This document shows positions 1 through 13,600 of a stretch of DNA of 64,000 nt, piece by piece. Both the position numbers and the translations under genes were made by a program. Numbering within the stretch: position 1 is the first letter of the stretch; every line of letters starts with the position of its first letter. A model generated the notes under the pieces. It saw only the letters and a list, made by a program, of their open reading frames with translations. It did no database searches and was not told the origin of the DNA. Source of the DNA: Balanoglossus misakiensis (lineage: Eukaryota; Animalia; Hemichordata); NCBI GenBank assembly GCA_040954595.2, contig CM082594.2, positions 4,077,319-4,141,318 of the forward strand. The letters are read 5' to 3'.

Positions 1-769
1 TACATGTTACGTGTCTGGTGGTTCTAAAGTAAAAACATACTCGGAAAAACTTTTAATGGATGCCGAAATATTGGTTGCCCATCATCTGGAAATGACAACG
101 ACGTGGGTCACATGGCCAGATCACGTGATTGATAGTAAAGAATTAGAATAATGTCTCCATCCACCGTCGGTCTCTGCGGTAAAGACAACGGGACAGCATA
201 TGTGCCAGCAAATTATGACCCCGAAAAGATCTGGTGAATTATTTTGTTGATTTAAAATAGTAACGTCAGGTCGCCCACATCATCAGACATTGTTTCTTGT
301 TTTTCATATCAATACCACATGGAGTTATACACTACCAAATTTTAAACTAAACTAAACTAAAAGAATATTGATAGAGTCCCACCTGTTTATCAACAACATT
401 AATTTATTTGAGCGTGCGCATCAATAACAACATGGCAACCTCACACACTTTGTTTTTCATCAGAAAGGGTATAACGGACCTTACACGTTTGTGATCAATG
501 TACTTGAACTATATTGAGTTTCTAAAACCGTTATCAATATCTCATTGAAGGGTGAAATTTAGCCAAAAGTGTAACTGCAGCTGCGCAGCGCCACCTTAGT
601 CACAGTAGTTCCATCAGTACCAATGTCCCACAATGCTGTTACCATGGGAGGTACACACCCTTGCGCGAATGGAATGCGCGAACCACGGCAGCCAGCCAGT
701 GATCGGGAAACGCGCAGGTGTGGATTTTACTGCCTCGTCTGACCGAGGAGACAGCACTGGGGCCAAGCC

Positions 770-1858
770 ATGAAGAACACGCGGATAATTGTTCTTGCGT
801 CGTTATCAGTTTTCTGCTTGTCAGTGGTAGGCGTCTACACGTATTATTTTGACACGACTGGGCCTGAGGTACAGACATGGCCAGCGGTGGTACACGTAGA
901 GCCCAGCAGCGGACGAAGATCATCAACAGAAGACGACAACACAGCGGGTATAAACGTGAACGTTCTTGTTCATGCAAGAATGCGCACTGGGTCGACGCTT
1001 GCCGGGAGCTACTTTGCCGCTCATCCGGACTTCTTCTACGTCTACGAGCCTGGGTACATGCTGATTGAACACAAAGGTATGGATTTCTACGAAGACAGCT
1101 TCGACTATTTAGAAAGCATCCGCCACGAACTGACCGACTTCATGCACGCGTTCTACAACTGCAATTTTACCAACCGTGACTACTACTTCGATAGTTTGAT
1201 GCGACATTCATTTATGAGAACACAGGCGAAGATTCCATGGCAACGTAACCGGGAAGCCATGCAAAGCAGCGTCACAAAACTGTGTAGATCGAAGCGCCAT
1301 GTTGTAACCAAGACCATACGCCTGAACAACGTACTGCTTGCTGCCCCTATGCTAAAAAAAGACCACGTCAAAATTGTCCACTTAGTTCGCGATCCGCGTG
1401 GGATGACGTCTTCAAGATCCGTTTACGGGGACTTGAGGAGAAAGCAAGATCCCAAACACGACGAGAAGCAACGGCAAATGATCAAGAATTACTGCGCTTG
1501 GTTGGATAACAACTCCGTCAGCTCAGCCAACGCCGACCCCTGGTTCAAAGACAATTATTTCCTGATCCGCTACGAGGACCTTTCTGATCGACCCGCCGAG
1601 TTTGTTCCAAAACTGTACGACTTTGTCGGGGTTCCGATGCACCCGACCATACAGAAAAAGGTACAGCAACCGGGGAATAAAATCGGCAACGGAGAAAAAT
1701 GGAGAACGAAACTGACCTACGAAGAAGTGAAAGAGATTCAAGAACTTTGCCCAGAGGAAGTTCTTAAGAGAGTCGGTTATGGGACAGTACATAGCGCGGA
1801 AGAATTAAGAAATGCAAGCGTTAGCTTTCTTCTTCCTATTTCCTCCGTGGAGAAATAA
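770..1858 (+). CDS. Carbohydrate sulfotransferase (Gal/GlcNAc-6-O-sulfotransferase, CHST1/3/4-like), intronless, type II membrane protein
   Basis: 362-aa ORF with N-terminal TM anchor (IIVLASLSVFCLSVVGVY), 5'-PSB motif RMRTGSTLAG followed by HPDFFYVYEP, 3'-PB motif HLVRDPRGMTSSR, IRYEDL, and C-terminal KWR...IQELC typical of this family. Confidence 0.92.
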   Translation: MKNTRIIVLASLSVFCLSVVGVYTYYFDTTGPEVQTWPAVVHVEPSSGRRSSTEDDNTAGINVNVLVHARMRTGSTLAGSYFAAHPDFFYVYEPGYMLIEHKGMDFYEDSFDYLESIRHELTDFMHAFYNCNFTNRDYYFDSLMRHSFMRTQAKIPWQRNREAMQSSVTKLCRSKRHVVTKTIRLNNVLLAAPMLKKDHVKIVHLVRDPRGMTSSRSVYGDLRRKQDPKHDEKQRQMIKNYCAWLDNNSVSSANADPWFKDNYFLIRYEDLSDRPAEFVPKLYDFVGVPMHPTIQKKVQQPGNKIGNGEKWRTKLTYEEVKEIQELCPEEVLKRVGYGTVHSAEELRNASVSFLLPISSVEK

Positions 1859-1879
1859 CATTTAACTTATGATAAGTAC

Positions 1880-1884
<5 letters not shown>

Positions 1885-1922
<38 letters not shown>

Positions 1923-1967
1923 CAGACAGACAGACAGATAGATAGACAGACAGACAGATAGACAGAT
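1885..1967 (+). repeat. (GACA/GATA)n microsatellite
   Basis: Direct reading; begins ~25 bp after the sulfotransferase stop. Confidence 0.95.
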
Positions 1968-2091
1968 AAATGTGATTGAACAATGTAGATTGATGGACAT
2001 TTCCAGTCAAATGTTGTTGATTTAAGAAATATGTAAGCTTGACATATTTATTCCTAAACCGACGACTTGAAATGTTTATTTTTCGGCCTAA

Positions 2092-2531
2092 AGGGACATT
2101 AGCTGTAACATTTGATTTCATTTTGTAAAATCTGTAATTTATTAAGTTTTGTTAAGCGATTTTCTTGTTTGGGTATTAAAGCCTTTGCTTCTACCTCAAT
2201 CCAGTGTGGTGTGTTCACAAATAGTATGTTTGCTTTGTGTACCAAGGCAAGTGCAATTTCTTGTTGTACTCCAAACGGCACGCTAATATACCCAGTACTC
2301 CACTTGTCAACACAGCCTGTATGTGTGCAACGGCCATTGTTATTGTTGACAAGCAAATTCTAGTCTGGGCTAGAATACACATTTTTCACAATAATAGTGC
2401 TGACTGTATACCTGTAAGTTGTGTGAATAAGCTGGAAATGTGGCATTTCGTCATGCTTCAGGAATCTGAATAAGAAAATCCAGTAAATACACATACTGAA
2501 AACATAGCGAAAAGTTACAGCTAATGGAGCT
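2092..2531 (+). mobile_element. Non-autonomous DNA transposon (MITE), Kolobok/T2-like, family A copy 1
   Basis: Imperfect TIRs AGGGACATTAGCTGTAAC ... GTTACAGCTAATGGAGCT, flanked by ctaa/TTAA; internal homology to two other copies in the window. Confidence 0.7.
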
Positions 2532-4471
2532 TTAAGCATTGCGATTCTATATCAGCCCCGGACGTATGATACAGTTGCGTCAAACAAAAACAACTGAGTG
2601 CAGAAAATGCAGAATTGCATGCAAGATTTTCCTCCTGAATATCATCTTTCCCAACTTGGAAAGTAAACACAAGTTGTTTTTCATGAGCGACCAGGTTTGG
2701 ATGGGCGAGCTTCTTCCGTACATATCCTTACAAATGCGCGTGTATTATTGCACGTAAGGGGTGGGGATGGGGGGGGGGGAACAAAGCCTTTTCGGAGACG
2801 TTGGCAATTTATGTGACCCTAAAATCACACCCCATCGTTCGGACGTTCGGGAGTGTTTGTTTTTTAAACCAATCTGAGAAGCAACGTCAAATTACAGCAC
2901 TTATCAATGTTTCCATCTGGGCATGCGCAGTGGGGTGCGGCAGGGGAAATTAGTCGCAAGGTATCCCCGGTGCCGGCACAAGGAAATTCGAACGCAGCGT
3001 TGTGCAAGGTGGCGATGAGGGGGGGGGGGGGTGTTGCCCGGGGTGACAAAGCCGCACAAATCGAACGCATTTAAACCACACGTTAAAACTGCAACATGTT
3101 TGCACAATCTCGCCACCTTCTGTCAGCGCCGAACGAACAAAAGTTAACGAGGAAAACGTTTTAAAAACACAACAGTAAAACCCTGTGGTAGAAGCGTGAA
3201 CGGTTAAGTCTTGAAATTTTTGGAAACGGTACAACGAAAAACGCAGGTCGATTTTAGTGTGTCTCCGACGAAAGTCGCGTCAAAGCAGCCATAGTTATCT
3301 CATGGTCTCAGATCGCTGGTCGGTTATAGGGTTAGCCTTGGGGTTGGTGAGAGTTAGCGTTACGGTTGGGGTTAGTGTACGTGCACAAAATTTCGTAAGC
3401 GTTAACACCAAACCACAACCCCCGATTGCGGACATATTGAGTCCAGCTTGAGCAACTGGTCTTAACCCTATGTCTAACCTGAACTATTTTCAGCCAAGCG
3501 GTTGGCAGGGTTTAATTGATGCTCTAGCAGACTACGCACGTCCACTCTAAAGTAGCAAGAAGATTTGGAGAGTGGCCAGGTAACATCTGCTTGTCCCATT
3601 TCAGACCAACTTAGTGAAAATTTAAGTCTTGACAGACATTGGAGCACTCCAATGACCCAGTTCTATTCCCTTTGCATAATTGACACCTTCTCATACCTTG
3701 GGTGGGTGGGGTCTTCTTTTGGTTCTTTGTCCATTTTCTACCAATGGCCGCACTGCGGCAAAGACGAAACTGTCCCTCACGGTGTGTATATACAGAAGTC
3801 CTGTCCACCAGATCGGTTTTATATGCCGGAGTACTAATGACGGAAACCTGTGACAACTGCCCCAGTCTGCGAAAACAATATACAGTATCCAACAGGTAGG
3901 TTATTTACACGTTTTATTAGTTTAGTTTTGTTTTGTTTCGTGCTTGCTACTTGTACGTTTTGTTTTTATATTGGTGAGATATGTTCATCGATTCAATTAT
4001 GCAATGCCATTCAACTCGAGAAACATCAACCAATCAGAGCATTCGATATTCTGGCGAAAGGGTAACTATGGTACCCCCACACCCCCTTGCATGAGAGCTG
4101 CGAGACAACTGGTCAGGATAAGGCCCAGACTGGCAACTTGTCAAATATTGACACCATTTATATCTATCACCATCGAACAGAACCACTGATTGCACGTATA
4201 GTGCATGAGGATCGTACCGCTTCGAGTACGGGATGATTTTGACTTGTTTATACTAAAATTTTTGTCAATGCTACGCTATTAGAGAAAGAAAACTGTGATC
4301 GTACGTGCACTCCGACTTAAACCAACGGCACAGAACAAGAGGCCCACTTCAAAGAAACGTTGGAAATTACTGGATTTTAGTATTTTTTATCCAGACTCAA
4401 GTATCCGTGCGCATGCCCTCAGCAGGTGTTAGGCCATCGTTAGTCTGTTGTCTAGGAAACCGTGCAGCAAA

Positions 4472-4636
4472 ATGGCCACCCCGAAAATTAATTCACGGAG
4501 CGGGATTCTCAAGAAGACATTTCTGCTTCTGACCTGCGTCAGTATGCTGTCCGTGGTCGCAATAACTTTATCGGGAAATAAGACTTTCCACATAACAAGA
4601 CACTGGGTGTCGGGAAATGAGACCCACATTTCTCGG
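4472..4636 (+). CDS. O-FucT-like gene exon 1 (cytosolic tail + TM anchor)
   Basis: AAAATGG start; MATPKINSRSGILKKTFLLLTCVSMLSVVAITLSG; donor GTGAGT at 4637, phase 0 matches the exon 2 acceptor. Confidence 0.7.
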
Positions 4637-7600
4637 GTGAGTTTTTTTTCTCTGTTTCCAGCTACGACATTTCTGGCCACTCCGAAATATTGATGGCTAC
4701 CGGTAAAAGCCCCCCCCCCCCACGCCCCCACCCTCCACTTGGTCGTAAAAAGATGCTCTTCGCGTACAAAAATGTCGAACTTTGGCGCTTTACGGTAGCC
4801 GAGAACAGCTTAGAGGCTTAGAGGCGGTATCTCCCAGGAGGGCCCCCCAATAAGACAGTGCGGTCGGGTAAAATTATGATTGTGAGGGTTCCAGGTGTTT
4901 CACAGTCCGGTGGTTTACGATGCGGCGGCCATCTTTGCGAATGTTAAACACAAAACGACAAACCTGAGTTGATGCATGAAAGGAAAATACTGAAACAACA
5001 GGCAAAGAGTACGGTCACTCTAGCCCTAAGATCGTGGTTGTAGCCTTGGCATATGCATAAACGAACAGCAAAAATAAACTTTTCGACGCTCTACCTTGCG
5101 GTTTTTTTGGAGGATAATCTAAGTTTGGAAGAAAAACCACGAAAACAATGCAAAAATAAAAGGCGTTAGGATTTTAAGAAATCCTGCAATCCATGAAAGT
5201 TTGGAGGGATATTTTTTCAGGAGCATTTTATAAGCGTTGTCTGAATTCAATTTCGCCATAAATGTTCTGTGTCAACAACAACAACAAAAAAAAAAAAAAA
5301 AAAAAAAAAAAAACATGTTCGAACCAGTGAATGGAAACTGTCATTTTAACACAGCTCAGTACAATTTTTGCAATCATCAGTCACTCTTGTAAAATTGTCC
5401 ACTATATTTGCATCATCAAACTTGTAGCGATACTGTTCGAAAACTACCCATGTGTGTATCTTTTATATTTCATGGGGTTATGGTTATCTGGGTTGCGGTT
5501 TTGTATTCAGTGTCTGTTAAAATTCCTGAAATATGATCTGACATAATGCTCAACGTTTAACTTATAAACACAACATATATGACATACACTGTGTATAGTC
5601 AGCATTGTTATTGTGCAGAGTTTGAATCAAGCCAAGACTAGAATTCATTTGTTAACAATAACAATGGTCGTTACACAGACATAACAGGCTGTGATGACCA
5701 GCTAAACATTGAACATATTAACATACTGTCTGGAGTACAGTAAGCAAGAAATAACATCTGATACACACAGCAAAAATACTGAAAATAAGCCAAAAGTTGC
5801 AGCTAAAGTCCCTTGAGTTTCAAGATCTGCGCAATAATGGCAGTGTTGACGTTATTTGTGATTATGGAATTAAATACATTTTGCAGAGAAAAGAAACTAA
5901 AAGAAAAGTTGTTAAACAACTATAAACCTTGGCCGCACCCGATTGATCGCACTCCAATCGCACGAGCCCACAGCATATACGTGGTGTGCGTACATGGATA
6001 TTAGAATCTCCATGAATTAAATCTTTTCGAGTGCATCTGTCATCATAATTAAGAAGAAAAAAAAACACTTGCAACAAACACGATTGGAACTATTTTGGGA
6101 TGATTGCATACCGATAAAATGCGAATACAAAACGATAAGTATTCGACGTACTTGGGGAGAATGTTTTATTCCCGTCAATGTTTGACCAAAACAAAATGAT
6201 AAATATGTCGTGTGAGTAGGCTACATGTACTGTGCTGAGAGTTTTACAGAATTTATTACCATGCAATTATCCCCAAAATAGTTCCAATCGAGTTAACATA
6301 ATTTAAAAATTCTGAATGATGATTTCACGGCCCACCACCTGTATTTCAAGTGGTGCTAAATGGTCAAAATAGTATTTCTGTAGTTTCCCATGCCCAAACG
6401 TGACGAATGGTCAGTGCATGTCGACAAGCACAAACTATTGCCAGTTACAATGACCCTAGGAGGGGTGACTCGACATTTTCATATTAATTACGATCAGTCA
6501 GTCATTGAAACAGCCATAATCTCATCCGTCATTGAAATACAGCCGTAATTTCAACAGACAACCTGAAAAATAACATACGTATAATTTGCAGGCTGCCTGT
6601 TCTGTCAAACTTTCAAGCCCTCACGCCTTCCTGAAGAAAGGGTTTAAAAAATCGTGCCACACCCAATTTTCTGTTTTGTCCCGGGTGTTAATTTATTACG
6701 CTGGTTACCTTAGCGACATAGAACAATCGAGACTCATCGTATACATAATGACGGAGAGAAATAGCAAGGTCCTAGCAATACTTTCAAGGTCGTTTCCTGT
6801 TAGCTTTATATTCACAAGTTGGTGAACGCGATTTTTTGCATGAACGCCAGTTACATATGATTAACCGAATAAGAAATTCTGTGTTTCTTCAACCTGCCAA
6901 ATTCTGAGCCATGTTATTGCCTATAAACTCTATCTGGCCAGCTTGTTGCCATGGAGTGTGAATAAAGACGATTAATGTCATATAGGTGGGACTGCTGGGG
7001 TCATACAGTGTTACCATGATCACTTCACCTGCGGCGGGCCACGATCGCGCGAACTTCATCTCTATTTACATGATTTACTTGCGACTAACAGAAATATCAG
7101 AATGGTCCATGATTAGGAAATCACCTATACATGCATGCATGATAATCTAGTCACATAAAGACTGAGCCATAATCATATGACTGAGTCTCCCTCTATCTAG
7201 CCATTGTTGACTTTTCTCGGCCACTTCACTAATCTTTTACGTGAATTCGGAGAATTGGCGTGCAAATCTTCAAACGGGTGCAGTTTGGTCATGGTACACA
7301 ACACACAATAACACCACGCTCACAATAAGGTATGTTTGGCCTTTTTGGTAAATGGAAATTTTGAAAAACGAAAATAGTGTTGTGGAAACCAAACATTGGC
7401 GCCATTTAAATGGCTGCAAATTGGAATCCTTGGAATTGGAATTCTTTCCAATTCCAACCCTAATCTTAGAAAATTTTCTTTTATCCCATTGCTGTAGATA
7501 TTTTGTTACCTAATACTACTTTTAAGACCCATGTGTCCAGACATTTTTATTCTTAGTGTCATTTCTCTTTCTCGTGCTGTTTTTACTGTGTTTTACTGTG

Positions 7601-10600
7601 TTTTTTTTATTGTTTGTTGTTTTTTTACCATCTGTTTGTGCCTGTTTGTTTGTTTGTTTTTGTATTTATTTTCTCGGAGTCTGTTATTGGGCCATTGGGC
7701 CTGTTGACCCGTCAAATAAATAAATAAATAAATCCTCACAGTAATGTATACAGAACTATAGTTTCTGCCATTTGGAGTTTCAGAATGCTCCATCTAAATG
7801 AACTAACTTAAGGGTGGACACAAACATAATACTAACCTCTGGTTTTGGCTCTACATGTTAATATGAACACGTTGAATAATAAAGAGGTGCCGCACCCGTT
7901 TATTCAGCCGCGTATTGCAAGAGTACACAACTATCATTGTATGCGCACATGCGTTTCAGAACCAGCGTGTATTCATAATTGTGTCGTTTGTCGCCTAAGG
8001 ATATTGGGAGACTTGATATTTATCTATTTTAAAATACTGACAGTGGTTCGCAGCTATTTGGCCTTTTAATTGTTCTAAGAGAGCCGGCTGAATTAAAAGC
8101 CCAATAGCTATACCACGAGGCATGACATTCAAGTCTCGTTGTCGTAATAATGGTAAACGTCGCAAATTTCTATCACTACTTCCAAAAGTTGTTTTCTGGC
8201 ACTGTCAAGGTCATTTCCTGTCCGGCTGTGCATTCCCACATAGGCGAATTGAACCTAAATGTTGACCCCCCAATCCCAGGTATACTGATTTACCGAACAA
8301 GAAATGTGTTGTCCCACTAACCCGGAAGTAGCTGGCCCTATTTTGTTGTCCACTGACCCGGTCTAACTTTTTCGAGTTGAATAAAGATGGGAACTTTATA
8401 CTCTGTTTAACTTTTCCAAGTTGAATAAAGAAGGCAAGACACCTGAGCGTGCTTGTGATAACGGCATGCAAATAGGTCATCCAGTATATACACGATGACG
8501 TAATCTGTATTTCTATTTACATTCATGCATCTCAAAATGGTTCACGATTAGTAAACGGCCGACCTATGCATTAATAATGTAGTCAGATACATTCCCTCAG
8601 TATCCGCTACCAGTCGTGAAACTAACTTGTACGATTCCCTTTATCTCGGCCGAATTTGCACACCCAGTACAAAGTTTTCCCGGGAATCGGACACATACAG
8701 ACAACTGACGTGGCACACTTTACATGGGCGCATTTAGGCCATGATGCAGAAATAAGCCCACATTAAAAGTAGGAAATTTCCTTTTTGGTAAAATTGAAAA
8801 AAAAAATATCATAGCAGTATAGGCTTATTTGTAGCATTTCAATCTCAAATGAAATATTTCGAATTTACAAATTGTGCGTGACATCAAACTTTACAATGGC
8901 GAAACCACTCAAAAATTCTAAATTATTTCTTTTTCTGAAGTTGAGCTGTTTTTAAAGGACAATTTCCAATGCGTGGTTCTCATATGAAGCTTCTTGATGA
9001 CACTGAACGTTTATTGTGTAAAGTGTTTGCTTTTCATTGAAATTACTTTTCCATAAATTATGTTTGATACAAGACACCGTTTATGTTAATGTACATGTGG
9101 ATATATAGTGAATCAACGTTCAACCACACACAACTTCCGTTCGGTCTGTAGGATATGAGAGCAAAAATCTAGCCAAAATGGGTAAATGTTAAAGGTTCGT
9201 CGTGTGACGTCGTAATGATGGAAAGCATTGCAAAATTCTATCAATACTTTCAAGGTCTTCTCATGAAACTTGCAAGGTCGTTTCCTGTTCAGCTGTACAT
9301 TCACACATTTAGGTGCGCCAATCCCAGTCATTCTGATTTACCGAACAAGAAATCTGTTGTGAAGTTTGACCTGCCAATATAGAGCTGGCCCAGTCTTTTT
9401 TGTTGTTGTCCACTGACCTTGCCTAACCTTCTCGAGTGAAAGTGTCTGGGGATTACCATCAACTGTGTTTCCGCGTGTATTCAGCGAATGCCGAATGGCG
9501 TTGTTTTGTTGTATTTAATTATAGCTTGGTTACGCCTTGTGCACACACGTCTGTACAAATGGCAGCGAAAATTTCAGATACACGAGGAGAGTTCTAGTTT
9601 CTTAGAAGGACGGACTAGTGTTAGAGCTCCATTGGCTGTAACTTTTCACTGTGTTTTCAAGATTTTTGCCTTGTGTAACTACTGCGGTTTCTTGTTCAGA
9701 TCCCTGAAACATGATGAAATGCCCAGTATCCAGCTTATTAACACAACCTATATGTATAATGTCATTGTTATTGTGCAAAATTTGAACGAAAATACTGAAA
9801 ATATACTCAAAAGTTACAGCTAATGTCCCTTTAACTAATTTCGCGCCACTCGAATTAAAAGACGTATGTTTTTTACCAGCTTTACTTTAAAGCAAATTGA
9901 ATATTCTCTACTACATGGCAAAGGAAATTAATGTCGTGTCTCCAAATTTCAGGGTGAAGGACAACATTATTTCTATAATTAAGGTTGGAGGGCGGAAACA
10001 TCTATAATAAGGGGTTCCTTCACTGTCATTGAAATACAGGAATAATTTTAACGGATAACACAATAAGTAACACATGTATGATTCTATGGAGTAAACAATC
10101 GGAGGTCCATCCCCATCCCCAGTGTCAAGCACCAAAGCCCCCCCCCACCCTCCGCCCTTGAACACAAAAGTCTTATTCCCCCCCCCCCGTCTTCCTCCTC
10201 CCTCTGGTCGCTTAGCAGGTTGGAGTAGAACGCTCGTCGACGCTCATCATCGTAATAATGAACACGCATTGCAAATTCCCGCCAACACTTTCAAGGTATT
10301 TTCCGGAAACTTTCAAGGTCGTTTCCTCTTCAGCTGCTTGCGCATTCACAACAAAGGTAAACCTAAATGTTGGCCCTCATTAACCTGCCAGGGGCTGGCC
10401 CCATTTTATCATCCATCGACCTTTTGGCTTTAAAAGAAGTAAAATGTGACGTATGCCCTAGTTTGTCATGCTTCGGAGCCATGTTTGTTCTCGTTACACC
10501 CCAGGTGTCCACGACGACGTGTTCTGCGTTTACAATTTACATTGATTTACCGAGACTGGTAAATCGACCTTTGTGTATATGATAATGAATGTAATCCGGT

Positions 10601-13600
10601 TTTGGAAAACGCGACCGACTCGTGATATAACTGGCTACGTGATTGGTTTATATGCAGAGAAGATCAAATGTGATTTTGCAAAGCATGATAAAAAAACATA
10701 ATGATTTCATGGTAACATTAAAGTCCCATGAGCTGCCAAAATTCACATACCTGTATTCGTTTCCACAATAACATACTTCAAATCTTGTCCCTATCCTTTA
10801 AAACCCCACCATCAAGCCATTTGCATCAGTTTGTCATCTCTTGGCGACGCGTACCACGTAATAATGTTGTGTGCTCTTTGTATTGAGACCGGTCAAACGG
10901 GTGCACGGCACCCTTGTAATATACATGTACCAATTGATCAGATTGCAACATACAGCCACAATCGGGCGTCAATGAGATGTTCACGAATACCTATCAGTAA
11001 GCTTACTTAGATGGACCATTCTACGTTGGAAAGTAAAACCATGAAATAATGCAAAAATTGGCAGCTCTTGCGTCTTTAACAATTAGAACACCATATACAA
11101 TTATGGGCTTCAAGTAGAAAGTCGTTCGCTGGCGCGCTTTAAAAAAGTAAACAAAATATTTGCTAAATTCAAGGCCTACAATATTTGCAAGATTAACCAA
11201 ATTATTATTCCTTGTGACCAAACCCACCCCAGATTTTTTTTCCACTGCAATCCATCGTATTATTATCCCAGTTATGATAATCATAGAAAACTTAACTTAA
11301 TTGTTATTGTAAAGGACCACTTCCTATCTTTTTCAGGATATGTCTCACTTCAGGCCGAATGTTGCTACCACGGTCAGCCCTTTCAGGCCATCCACCCGTC
11401 GTTTTCTGATGCACGCTCTCGTATATTCTCGCTCTGGTCCACAACAGAACTACAAAAGATTTAAGACAACCCTACCACTGGCAGTTCTACAAAATCGCAC
11501 CGTGGTCTTGTATCCAATACGAAATCATATAACTCAAAACAACGCCAACGAAAATAGAAATTTCAATCATACTTTTGACGTCGATCGCCTCAAACAGTTT
11601 GTGTCCGTTGCAACACCGCGGGAATTTTACAATGAATGTGGGGGCCGCGCTGTAATATTTGATGGAGTAAAAGGTGATTTATTGAAAGACATATTCATTG
11701 ACACCGGATTACATTTCACACAAATCGACGTGGATGGACACAACGGCAGCAAAGCAGCCAATGGAACTAAGACCAAACGAAAGTCACTCCAAGAACGAGT
11801 GACTGATTTGCAAAAGTACCGCTGTGTTATTTATCGGCATCTAAACCCCTTACACGGACTGTTACACGTAACAGATAAACGATGGAAGCAGCTGGCGGAA
11901 ACTGCCAATAGGTATGTGGTGAAGGCGCCCTATATTCGTCAAATGGGACAAGAAGCCTCGCAGCATATATGCGACGGCAAACCGTTTCTTGGCTTCCACT
12001 GGAGAAATCGAACTGGAGAAAAGTAAGTATGTAAAACCCAACGTCGATGGCCAGAATTATGATGCAAGACAGTTTATATATCTTCGAGAAGTGCGAGTTT
12101 GTTCCAAGTTTAGTGAACCCAATATGGTGGCGCCGATTCTAAATATATCTCGGCGTTGAATGGAATAGTTTGTTACAATGAAATGCAATGCACAGCACTT
12201 TATTCTAGTGGGCCTACTACGCCTACATAAACATTTTGAACATTTGAACTTGTTCGCCCTAACGACTGGCCAATCACTGGCAAGAGCGTCCACCAATCTA
12301 AACCTACGACTGAACGACTACTTACCTTACCACGCCTGGGATAGTCATATTGAGATGTTAAACGACGACAAGAAATGCCCTGAGACAAGATTCTAGTTGA
12401 ACGCCTGGCAGATGAAGCGGCTACCCTGTATTTTATTTGTCTGTATGTATATGTACACAGGTGCATGATCTGGAATCAAACGACGGGATGTGATTATGGG
12501 AGACTGAACTTACTGAATGAAACTGAAACGTTTGTCGAAGTCTTCCTGGTCTTTATGAAGAAGGCGAAAGTTTCGTGTGTGTATCTTGCATACCCAGAAT
12601 ATGCACAGGTATATCTCTTGTCCCAATTCATGTGTAAAAATGGACCAAAACAAGTTAACCAACATGTATAATAATAATAAAACACAGACAAGGGGCTCAC
12701 GGTAATTTAGAATATTCTCTCTAAAAAAAGAATAAAATGGCAGGTCACCGCACCAAGTTTTGAACGAGAGAGCAAAAATTGTGTCAAATATAATTTTCCT
12801 CACTTTGGAAGGTATAAATATACACATTTTAGTTTCCAGGTTAGTTTGCATAAACGATGAACTTCTGTAATTAATGACATATCTCCGGAACTGCACTACA
12901 AAAATTGGTTAAATTCGTTACAGGTTTTGAAATCACAGACATATGAATGTATTGTAGGATATTTAACAGTTTTGGGTTAAATAACTACCAGTTTGCATAT
13001 TTAATGAATGTGTGTGCAATTACAGTACATTATGTAAAAACCCAGACCGATGGCACCAATGCGATGAAAATTGTTAAAGATAAGCTTTCTGTTGTCATAG
13101 AGCGTATGTATTCTACCGTTTCTTGTCAATACACTTTCAAATTTACATATTCAATTAACTTTTGCAATAAGTGACGCAGGTGTACAGTAATCCGAAGATG
13201 GTCAATTGGGAATTCAAAAGGAAAATATGTACAAGAGAGGAATGGAAACGACATTAGCAGTTTAGTTAACAACGGCAAATATGTATGGAAAATATTTGCA
13301 TGGAATGACCCGTTGTGGACATGACAAAAACTTATTGTACGCCCTTCTCTTTTCAGAGAATGTACACTATTCTGAGACCACACGTTCCTCGGCTATTCAC
13401 GAAGAAAGACTTGATAGCGAACATCTCCAGCATTGCTTCCTACCGTGACGACAATTACGTCATATCGTTAGTCGAACAGGAAGTCATAAAACGTGAGTTC
13501 AGCCAATAGTGTGACGTGCTCTAACTACTTCGATTTTGTGCCAGATATTTTAAGGCAAATTGTTTGCATGTAAGCTGACTAAAATTCCATGTATTCTCAT

